Of a DNA stretch of 15,128 nt, positions 1 through 6,723 are shown piece by piece; the stretch's first letter is position 1; each line of letters opens with the position of its first letter. Under the pieces are notes generated by a model. It saw only the letters and a program-made list of their open reading frames with translations. It searched no databases and was not told where the DNA came from. The DNA lies in IMG/VR virus record IMGVR_UViG_3300021388_000002. One strand, written 5' to 3'. The translations under genes were made by a program, and so were the position numbers. This DNA is from a virus (Duplodnaviria > Heunggongvirae > Uroviricota > Caudoviricetes).

Positions 1-520
1 GGCGCTGGGCGCTGTGGCGTTCACCGCAGGCGGGTTCCAGCTGCGCTCCTGGTATGCCACGCTGGAGCCGCTGCCCGGTGCTCATCAGGACAAGGGCACC
101 ATGGCCTGGTGGAAGACCCAGCCGGAAGCCTGGGCCGAGGTGACCGCCTGCCCCATCCAGCCTGAGCACGCCATTCCGGACTTCGTGGCCTGGTGTGAGC
201 AGCTGCCCGGCAAGCCGGTGGCGGTGGGCTGGCCGATCGCGTTCGACTTCGCGTTCATCAACTACTACTGCTGGCAGTTCTGCGGCCGGAACCCGCTCGG
301 CTTCGGCGGCCTGGACATCCGCTCCTACGCCAATGGCCTGGCCGGGTACACCAGCTACCAGGGCCTGCCCGAGCGGGAGCTGCGCGCCCTGGCCGGCCGG
401 GTTGACACCACCGGGCTCCGGCCGCATGTGGCCGTGGACGACGCGATCGAGCAGGGCCGCCTGTTCATGGCGCTGCGCCGGTACGCCCAGCTGAACCTGG
501 AGGAGGTGGAAGTGCGGTGA
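1..520 (+). CDS. 3'-5' exoribonuclease, DEDDh / Rv2179c-like family (5'-partial)
   Basis: Frame is open from the window edge (ALGAVAF...). ExoII-like PIAFDFAFINYY and ExoIII-like HVAVDDAIEQ are present, plus the family-typical MAWWKTQPEAW segment. ExoI lies upstream of the window. GTGA overlap with the next gene. Confidence 0.8.
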   Translation, partial: ALGAVAFTAGGFQLRSWYATLEPLPGAHQDKGTMAWWKTQPEAWAEVTACPIQPEHAIPDFVAWCEQLPGKPVAVGWPIAFDFAFINYYCWQFCGRNPLGFGGLDIRSYANGLAGYTSYQGLPERELRALAGRVDTTGLRPHVAVDDAIEQGRLFMALRRYAQLNLEEVEVR

Positions 521-2586
521 GCGATATCGATGAGGACGAGGATTACGAGCGGGACGAGAACGCCGGCCTGGCTGAGGATGAGCCGTCCGGGGACGCCGGT
601 GAGGCCGGGCTGCTGGACTTCCGCCCGCGGGACGAGCGGGCCCAGCGCCCGCCACGCCAGCCGGTAGCTGTTGAGCACCATCTGTGGACGCACTCGATCG
701 AGAGTTCTGCCCTGGTTGCCCTCAGCATGCTCGCCGGGGCCTACTTCATTAACCGCACCAGCCTGAGCTGGGCCGTGATCATGCTGCCCGGAGCTGTGCT
801 GACCGCGGTGACCTGGTGGGTATCGCTGACCGCCACCGGCTCCCTGGTCATGGCTAACTACCTGGGTGCCTGGGGCGCGTTCGCCACCGCCTGGCTGACC
901 ACTGCCCGGTTCACCGGCCTGTGGCACACGCCACTGATCCTGGCCCTGATCACCGGTTCCCTCGTGCTGGCCCCGACCGGCGCCCTGGCCATCGGGCACC
1001 ACCGGGGCAAGCTGCGCCGTGCCGCCCTGGCCCGGACCGCTCAGGATAGCGGCGCGGACCTGCAGCGCTGGAAGATCCGGTTCGTCCGCCACGGCGTGCC
1101 GAACGTGGACATCCTGGAAGTGCTCCGGTTCGCCGGCGAGACCCAGGTGCACGGCCGGCTGGGCAAGGCTACCGACCTGATGCGCGCGCCCACGTTCGCC
1201 GCCCTGGAGGCCATTACCGGGCCGCTGGCTGTCGATGCCCGGGTCTCGCCGGACTGCGTGTACTTCCAGCAGGGCCGCACCGCGGCTGACTTCGTGCTGC
1301 ACCTGCGGGACAAGGCCACCCGGCGGGAGGTCGTGCCGCTGCCCCGGGACAACTCACCGACGACCATCAACGAGAAGATGGCCATCGGCGTGCAGGACAA
1401 CGGCCGGGAGTACAAGATGCTCCTGCGCGAGGTCTCCACGATGATCGTCGGGGTCCGCGGGTCGGGCAAGTCGAACCTGCTGAACGTGTTCCTGACCCTG
1501 CTCGCGCGGCACATGGACTGCCTCATCTTCATGATCGACCTCAAGGGCGGCCGGACGGCGCGGCCCTGGTTCGAGCCGTGGGTCCAGGGCGACTGCGACC
1601 GCCCCGTCATCGACTGGCTGGCCACCACCCGGGAGGAGGCCAAGATGATGATCGAGGCCCTGAACCGGGCGGGCAACGCGCGCGCTGAGTCCGGTGAGGG
1701 CTGGGAGAAGATCACCCCGACCAAGGACACCCCGGCCATCATCCTGGTCTGCGACGAGACCGCCATCATGACCGGGCACGGCACCCGCAAGGACGGCGTG
1801 TCCAACTACAACATCGCCATGGAGCTGGCCACGCTGGTGGAGACCTTCCGGTCTGAGGCCATCGACTATCTTGGCTCGGCACTTCGTGCGAACGTAGACA
1901 TCATGGGCTCCACTGCCGTCAAGTCCCAGTCTGAGGTCCGGATCGGCCTGCGGGTGACCTCCGTAGGCGACGGCATGTCCATCTTCCCGGACCACCCAGA
2001 CCAGGCCAAGCGGCTGGCCGCGCTGCGGGACAAGGGCGACGGCATCGTCAAGTACGGCGCTGACTTCAGCCCGGCCGTGCACTTCTACCGGGTCGGCTCC
2101 CGCAAGCGCATCCTGGACACCGCGCGGGCCACCGGCAACCACCGGCCCGCGCCCGAGCAGCGCATCGTGGAGGCCATGGGCGAGGCCTACACCGAGCGCT
2201 GGAACCGCGAGCACGGCCAGCGGCTGCTGAGCGCCTGGCGCCGGGACATCGGCCTGCCCGGCCGGGCGCCTGGTGACGAGCCGGAAGCGGACGTGGATGA
2301 TGAGTTCGCCGAGATCATCTCGCACTCGTGGAAGGAAGACCCGGAGAAGCCCCCGCACGCCAGCCGCAAGCGGATGTGGCAGCTCATCCACTCCAAGGGC
2401 ATGAACGGCCTGTCGGTGGCCCGGATCACCGCCATCCTGGACAGCGAGGGCCTGAACGTCCGCCGGGAGACCATCCAGCGCTGGCTGAAGGACGACGAGT
2501 CCCGCGGCCTGGTCCAGCGCACCGGGGCGCCCGTGCACCGCTGGGTCTGGATCGGCCGCGGGGAGAGCAACGAGCTGCTGCGGTAA
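517..2586 (+). CDS. FtsK/SpoIIIE-family DNA translocase, actinomycete TraB-like, with N-terminal membrane anchor and C-terminal winged helix
   Basis: 689 aa. Acidic N-terminus, about 4 hydrophobic segments (aa ~65-160), Walker A GVRGSGKS (1450-1473), MIDLKGG, Walker B ILVCDE (1741-1758), and a C-terminal wHTH-like segment ending HRWVW (2365-2550). Confidence 0.88.
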   Translation: MSDIDEDEDYERDENAGLAEDEPSGDAGEAGLLDFRPRDERAQRPPRQPVAVEHHLWTHSIESSALVALSMLAGAYFINRTSLSWAVIMLPGAVLTAVTWWVSLTATGSLVMANYLGAWGAFATAWLTTARFTGLWHTPLILALITGSLVLAPTGALAIGHHRGKLRRAALARTAQDSGADLQRWKIRFVRHGVPNVDILEVLRFAGETQVHGRLGKATDLMRAPTFAALEAITGPLAVDARVSPDCVYFQQGRTAADFVLHLRDKATRREVVPLPRDNSPTTINEKMAIGVQDNGREYKMLLREVSTMIVGVRGSGKSNLLNVFLTLLARHMDCLIFMIDLKGGRTARPWFEPWVQGDCDRPVIDWLATTREEAKMMIEALNRAGNARAESGEGWEKITPTKDTPAIILVCDETAIMTGHGTRKDGVSNYNIAMELATLVETFRSEAIDYLGSALRANVDIMGSTAVKSQSEVRIGLRVTSVGDGMSIFPDHPDQAKRLAALRDKGDGIVKYGADFSPAVHFYRVGSRKRILDTARATGNHRPAPEQRIVEAMGEAYTERWNREHGQRLLSAWRRDIGLPGRAPGDEPEADVDDEFAEIISHSWKEDPEKPPHASRKRMWQLIHSKGMNGLSVARITAILDSEGLNVRRETIQRWLKDDESRGLVQRTGAPVHRWVWIGRGESNELLR

Positions 2587-2594
2587 AGCAGCCC

Positions 2595-2610
2595 TGGTAG
2601 ACTGTAAAAT
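2595..2610 (+). promoter_or_regulatory. Candidate extended -10 promoter for the downstream operon
   Basis: TG-G-TAGACT (2595-2603) followed by TAAAAT (2605-2610) in an AT-rich gap, upstream of a strong SD GGAGGAGG (2630-2638). No clear -35. Confidence 0.4.
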
Positions 2611-2646
2611 GACACTAACGGACAAGCCTGGGAGGAGGAAGCGCAG

Positions 2647-2772
2647 ATGCTCTGGACCATTCTCGGCTGGGCGGTGGTCATCCTGATCATCCTGTGGGTC
2701 GTGCACAACCCGCAGGCAGCCGCCAACGACGTGCATGGCCTGTTCGCGTTCGGCAGCGACCTCAGCCACTGA
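2647..2772 (+). CDS. 41-aa single-pass membrane protein (not in the ORF track)
   Basis: ATG after a strong SD; MLWTILGWAVVILIILWVVHNPQAAANDVHGLFAFGSDLSH. One TM helix followed by P-x-x-A-A, a pattern I associate with small actinobacterial mobile-element proteins. Confidence 0.7.
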   Translation: MLWTILGWAVVILIILWVVHNPQAAANDVHGLFAFGSDLSH

Positions 2773-2822
2773 CAGCCGGTTACGCGCTAGATTGCGCAGG
2801 GCAGGCCGCTCAGAGGAGAGAC

Positions 2823-3002
2823 ATGATCACGATCACGACTACCAGCCCCGCCGAGGCCCGCGCTGCCGCTGACCTGGTAGCCAGCTTCCCGCCTGGCGTC
2901 TCATACCAGGTCTGGCTGGACGGCTCGGTTGTTGCCTCGCGCGGCGAGCCGGGCTCAGATACCACCCGCGGGCAGTGGGGCACCGAGCCCGAGATGCGCT
3001 GA
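2823..3002 (+). CDS. Hypothetical protein, 59 aa
   Basis: SD GAGGAG ahead of ATG 2823; MITITTTSPAEARAAADLVASF...; GC-rich third codon positions. Confidence 0.6.
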   Translation: MITITTTSPAEARAAADLVASFPPGVSYQVWLDGSVVASRGEPGSDTTRGQWGTEPEMR

Positions 3003-3040
3003 CCCCCGCCCGGAACACAGGAACAGGAGACCGCACGACC

Positions 3041-4090
3041 ATGACCACGCATGACCAGATCCCCCAGCTGGATGACGACGGCCCCGTTACCGTCACCGGC
3101 ATGGCCGCTAAGGTTGCGGCTGAGACAGCTGAGCGCCGGGCCCAGGATCGCGCTGGCCGGCTCGCCGCCCGTACCCGCACCGCCCGCAAGGACGCGCTGG
3201 AGATGGCCCGCTCGTTCGTCCTGAGCCAGCGCGAGGCCCCGCGGCTGGCGCTCGGGGTCGCGCAGCAGCTGGCCAGCTGGGTGCTGGCCGCCGGAGGCGA
3301 GACTGACGCGGATGTGCTGGACCGCCGGCTCCGGGCCGTGTGCCTGTATTTTGATGCCTGTACCCTGACCCGTGGCCGCCGGGGCCTGGACGGCCACGAT
3401 GTGGGCGAGTTCCTGGCCGGGGTGCAGACGTACCTGGATTACCTGGACACCGGCCAGATCCCCGCTGCGGACACCAGCCGGGAAGCCGTTTCCGGACCTG
3501 GCCGGGGGCCTGTTATCCCGCCTCCTGCCTCGTCCGGCCTGCCCGCCCGGCTGGCGGATGCGGCAGGCGCGCCGGAACCTGAGATTGACCCGCGGCACGC
3601 CTTTCTGCGGGAAGCGCTGATCCGGCACGGCGCCGATGGCGCCACCGTTCAGGAGCTGTGGGGTGAGCTGCTGTGCAGCAACCTGCCGGGCAGCCGCAGC
3701 ACAAGCCGGGAGCCCGTGTACCACTGGCTGCGGCAGGATCGTGAGGCTGGCCTGGTGCGCCGGGAGCCTGCGGACTTCGGGGTAGGCCGCCCGGCGCACC
3801 GCTGGTACTGGACTGCTGCTGAGCAGCCCGCCATCCGCAAGCTGACCCGGGCCGAATGGGCGCACCGGCTGGACCGGGCCGGCCTGGCTGGCGTTCAGGT
3901 GCAGGACGTCCTGCATTACCGGGACCGGGCCCTCGTGCGCGGCACCGCCATCATGCCGTTCACCACCTCACCGGGCCGGGTGCGCCAGGCGCTCATGCGG
4001 TTCCTGGGTGTTCCCGCGCTGGGCCTCGTCCAGTTCGAGTATGCCCAGAACGGCGAGTTCCTGCTGGACGTGACGGGAGCGCGCCCGTGA
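3041..4090 (+). CDS. Multidomain protein: helical N-terminus, TraB-like winged helix, and a copy of the TraB pre-ATPase domain (349 aa)
   Basis: SD AGGAG then ATG 3041. The wHTH segment at 3593-3811 aligns to TraB 2365-2550; the C-terminal segment at 3857-4074 aligns to TraB 1069-1305. No Walker motifs. Confidence 0.75.
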   Translation: MTTHDQIPQLDDDGPVTVTGMAAKVAAETAERRAQDRAGRLAARTRTARKDALEMARSFVLSQREAPRLALGVAQQLASWVLAAGGETDADVLDRRLRAVCLYFDACTLTRGRRGLDGHDVGEFLAGVQTYLDYLDTGQIPAADTSREAVSGPGRGPVIPPPASSGLPARLADAAGAPEPEIDPRHAFLREALIRHGADGATVQELWGELLCSNLPGSRSTSREPVYHWLRQDREAGLVRREPADFGVGRPAHRWYWTAAEQPAIRKLTRAEWAHRLDRAGLAGVQVQDVLHYRDRALVRGTAIMPFTTSPGRVRQALMRFLGVPALGLVQFEYAQNGEFLLDVTGARP

Positions 4091-4305
4091 GCGACGCCGA
4101 CCGGCGGCACACCCGGATGCGCGAGATGCTGGCCCAGCAGGGCGAGCGGGGTGCCAGCAGCCGCCAGCTGGCCGGCTGGCTGTCCGGGGAGGGGCTGAAC
4201 ACGCCGCTGGACCGGGTGCAGGGCTGGCTGGCCCAGGACATGAATACCGGGCTGACCCGGATGGTGGCCCCGCTGCACTGGGTCTGGACCGGGCCGCAGC
4301 CATGA
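4087..4305 (+). CDS. Stand-alone winged-helix protein paralogous to the TraB C-terminus (72 aa)
   Basis: GTG start overlaps the previous stop (GTGA). GERGASSRQLAGWLSGEGLNTPLDRVQGWLAQD...APLHWVW matches TraB GMNGLSVARITAILDSEGLNVRRETIQRWLKDD...APVHRWVW. Confidence 0.75.
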   Translation: MSDADRRHTRMREMLAQQGERGASSRQLAGWLSGEGLNTPLDRVQGWLAQDMNTGLTRMVAPLHWVWTGPQP

Positions 4306-4691
4306 GCGCGCACGCCCAGCTGGTGAGCTGGCTGGATGACCTGCACCGCCGGGCGGGCCGGCCGAGCACCCGCACGATCGGCGGGGCCGCCGGGGTCAGC
4401 CACACCACCGTGCACGACATGCTGACCGGGCAGCGCCTCCCGGCGTGGCCCCGGCTGGCCGCGGTCGCCCAGGTACTGGGCGGGGACCTGGAGGAGGCCG
4501 CCAAGCTGTGGGAGCTGGCGGCGGAAGGCCGTTCCGGGCGGCGGGGCCGTCAGGTCGTCATCATCCCCGATGAGGAAGCCGAGGCCATCGCCGTGGCGGT
4601 GGCCGTGCTGGCGCATCTCAGCCCGGCCGCCCAGGCCCGGGTCATGGCCTTCCTGGCTGAGCGGTTTCCCGAGACGGAGGGCATCCTGTGA
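4302..4691 (+). CDS. XRE-family helix-turn-helix regulator
   Basis: LDDLHRRAGRPSTRTIGGAAGVSHTTVHDMLTGQRLPAW is the typical actinobacterial XRE-HTH pattern. ATGA-coupled. Confidence 0.8.
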   Translation: MSAHAQLVSWLDDLHRRAGRPSTRTIGGAAGVSHTTVHDMLTGQRLPAWPRLAAVAQVLGGDLEEAAKLWELAAEGRSGRRGRQVVIIPDEEAEAIAVAVAVLAHLSPAAQARVMAFLAERFPETEGIL

Positions 4692-5173
4692 GCCGCCTGG
4701 TTTCCATCGGGTTCACCGGCACCCGGCACGGCATGACCCGGGCCCAGATGCTGGCGATGCACCAGCTGCTGTCCCACGAGGTGCTGGCCGCCGAGTGGGA
4801 GGACGGCGTGAGCTTCCACGCTCACCATGGCCGGTGCGTGGGCGCGGACACCGAGTTCAGCGCCATCGCCATGATCACCGGGTACCGGGTCATCGCCCAC
4901 CCGGGCCCGCCCTCACGCTGGTCCTCGGGCTGCCAGGTGGACGAGCTGCGGCCGGAGAAGCCGTTCCTGGCCCGGGACCGCGACATCGTGGCCGAGTCCG
5001 GCTGGCTGCTGGCCGCGCCGTACACGCACGCGCCGGTCCCGCATTCGGGGACCTGGACGACCATCTGGTACGCCCTTCAGGCTCAGACCGCGGTTACCGT
5101 CATCCGGCCGGACGGCAGCGCCGCCCCGCTGGAGCAGGTGGCCCTGCAGCTGACCCGGGTGATGGCGTCATGA
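4688..5173 (+). CDS. SLOG-superfamily (DprA/Smf-like) nucleotide-binding protein
   Basis: Motifs IGFTGTRHG, HHGRCVGAD, FLARDRDIV and SGTWTT match the short phage-type SLOG domain. Confidence 0.7.
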   Translation: MSRLVSIGFTGTRHGMTRAQMLAMHQLLSHEVLAAEWEDGVSFHAHHGRCVGADTEFSAIAMITGYRVIAHPGPPSRWSSGCQVDELRPEKPFLARDRDIVAESGWLLAAPYTHAPVPHSGTWTTIWYALQAQTAVTVIRPDGSAAPLEQVALQLTRVMAS

Positions 5174-5334
5174 AGACCCTCACCGAGCTGCGTGCCGCGC
5201 CCGGCCTGTGGCGCACGCTGATCTGTGCCGTGGTACTGGCCGGGATCTGGATCGCCGCCTTCCTGCTGTCTGTGCCCGGCCTGCTGGCTTATGCCCACAT
5301 GGTTGTTCTCGCTGAGCTGGGGGTGGCGCCATGA
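5170..5334 (+). CDS. Small membrane protein, 54 aa
   Basis: ATGA overlaps at both ends; hydrophobic LICAVVLAGIWIAAFLLSVPGLLAY. Confidence 0.65.
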   Translation: MKTLTELRAAPGLWRTLICAVVLAGIWIAAFLLSVPGLLAYAHMVVLAELGVAP

Positions 5335-5603
5335 GCGACCGCAAGCACCCGGGCTGGACCGGCGCGCTGCTGAGCGTCGCCTCGGCGTTCGGCTGGTGGC
5401 CCGCGATCAGCGGCCTGATGCTGGGGTCCGGGGTGGTCCTGGTCCTCAATCACTACAGCTGGGCCTGGGCTGTGCTGGGCCCGGCCATAGCCATGTTCGC
5501 GCTGTGCTCGCTGGGTACCACAATCCGTGCGCACATGGTTGTCCGCCAGGCCCAGCGCATCCTGGCCAGCAGCAGCGACGGCCCGCCGGGGGGCCGGCCA
5601 TGA
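5331..5603 (+). CDS. Small membrane protein, 90 aa
   Basis: ATGA overlaps at both ends; 2-3 hydrophobic segments. Confidence 0.7.
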   Translation: MSDRKHPGWTGALLSVASAFGWWPAISGLMLGSGVVLVLNHYSWAWAVLGPAIAMFALCSLGTTIRAHMVVRQAQRILASSSDGPPGGRP

Positions 5604-6256
5604 GCACTGTTACCCGCCGCCGGCGCCGCCCCATCCTCATCACGACCCGCCGCAAGCGGCGCCGCTACCGCGCCCCGGTCACCCGCGGCGTGCTGTTCGG
5701 CCCGGCGCTCGGCCTGCCGCTGTGGGGCTGGGCCGATCTTGGCTGGGAGCACCTGGCCCGGCCGCTGGCGTGGGGCACCCTGGGCGTCATGCTGGTGGCC
5801 TCCCTGCTCATCGTGCCCGCCGCCGCCCTGCTGGTGGCGTTCCTGCCCTCGGCCTGGGGCCTGCTCGTGCCGTGCAGCTGGCGCAAGGCCCACCGGGCCC
5901 GGCACGGCCGGGAGAACTGCCGCTCGGCGTACATCCCGGCGTTCCTGCGGCGGCTCATCTTCCGGACCGACCGCTGGCAGTGCGTGTGCTGCGGCAGCGC
6001 CATCAATCTGCAGGTCGATCACGTCTTCCCGTGGTCGCTCGGCGGCCTGACCGTGTTCTTCAACCTGGTCACGCTGTGCGCGGTGTGCAACCGGACGAAG
6101 TCCAACTACTGGTTCTTCCGCCGCTCCGGCCGGTCGGTCTACGTGCCGTTTGCTGGCGCAGGTGACCGTAGCCGTGCGGCGTACATCCTGGCGTACGAGA
6201 AGTCGCACCGCTGGCGCCCGCTGCGGCTACTCCGGGCCGCCTGGGCGCTGAACTAG
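5600..6256 (+). CDS. HNH endonuclease with Arg-rich N-terminus and transmembrane segment(s), 218 aa
   Basis: IPAFLRRLIFRTDRWQCVCCG...VDHVFPWSLGG...NLVTLCAVCNRTKSN is a complete HNH/zinc motif, preceded by the hydrophobic stretch LAWGTLGVMLVASLLIVPAAALLVAFLP. Confidence 0.85.
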   Translation: MSTVTRRRRRPILITTRRKRRRYRAPVTRGVLFGPALGLPLWGWADLGWEHLARPLAWGTLGVMLVASLLIVPAAALLVAFLPSAWGLLVPCSWRKAHRARHGRENCRSAYIPAFLRRLIFRTDRWQCVCCGSAINLQVDHVFPWSLGGLTVFFNLVTLCAVCNRTKSNYWFFRRSGRSVYVPFAGAGDRSRAAYILAYEKSHRWRPLRLLRAAWALN

Positions 6257-6261
6257 GAGTC

Positions 6262-6528
6262 ATGGTGGATGAGCACGGGAGCCAGGCCGGGGAGCTGGCC
6301 GCGGCCCGGGAGATGCTGCAGCGGTCGGCCGATCTGCTCTGTGACCGGGTCCAGTTCCGCGCGCTGGTAGGCGGCCAGGCCGGCAAGCCCCAGGCCGTAA
6401 CCGTGGTGGTGGAGGACATCACCTGGCTGCGCCGGGATGACTGCTGCCGGGAGCTGCTGGATTACCTGGCCCTGTACGGGCCGGGCGAGAACGTCATCCT
6501 GTGCATTCCCGGGGTAACCGGGCACTGA
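6262..6528 (+). CDS. Hypothetical protein, 88 aa
   Basis: SD AGGAG directly after the HNH stop; GC-rich third codon positions; no recognised motif. Confidence 0.65.
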   Translation: MVDEHGSQAGELAAAREMLQRSADLLCDRVQFRALVGGQAGKPQAVTVVVEDITWLRRDDCCRELLDYLALYGPGENVILCIPGVTGH

Positions 6529-6723
6529 GGTCTCGCCCCGGTCCGTGCGGCGTACCGATCAGGACACGCCAGGGGTAAACCACTGCGCACATCCGGCCGT
6601 CTCAGTACCATCGGGAAGGCTGTCCCGTGGCGTCCCATAAGGGCCGTTAAACCCGTTAAACGCGCAATGGCGGGCAAAGGCAGCATCCATCACCTTATCC
6701 CGGGAAGGCACGGAAAACCCACC
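6529..6723 (+). promoter_or_regulatory. Long untranslated leader with possible RNA structure (degenerate c-di-AMP riboswitch-like)
   Basis: About 195 nt non-coding. Pairings GGAC(AC)GCCA 6562-6571 with TGGCGTCC 6628-6635, and CGGGA 6612-6616 with TCCCG 6623-6627. Tandem CCGTTAAAC x2 at 6644-6661. The resemblance to ydaO-class motifs is only partial. Confidence 0.25.

Noticed and set aside
355-2769. Long minus-strand ORFs (315, 254 and 471 aa) opposite the translocase
   Set aside because: Antisense shadow frames typical of high-GC DNA; no motifs; the plus strand carries a clear ATPase.
5600-5700. Twin-arginine (Tat) signal on the HNH protein
   Set aside because: The Arg runs lack the S/T-R-R-x-F-L consensus and no cleavage site is evident; it reads better as a basic cytoplasmic tail.
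2810-6208. Minus-strand ORFs 2810-3916, 3993-4616 and 5453-6208, and the long plus frames 4570-5334 and 5225-5599
   Set aside because: Shadows or spurious 5' extensions. The true starts are fixed by ATGA/GTGA coupling and SD sites.
6580-6709. CCACTG...CGGGAAGGC as a cobalamin riboswitch
   Set aside because: The upstream GGGAA/GGTG-AA-TCC and CCCGCAACTGT core elements are absent.
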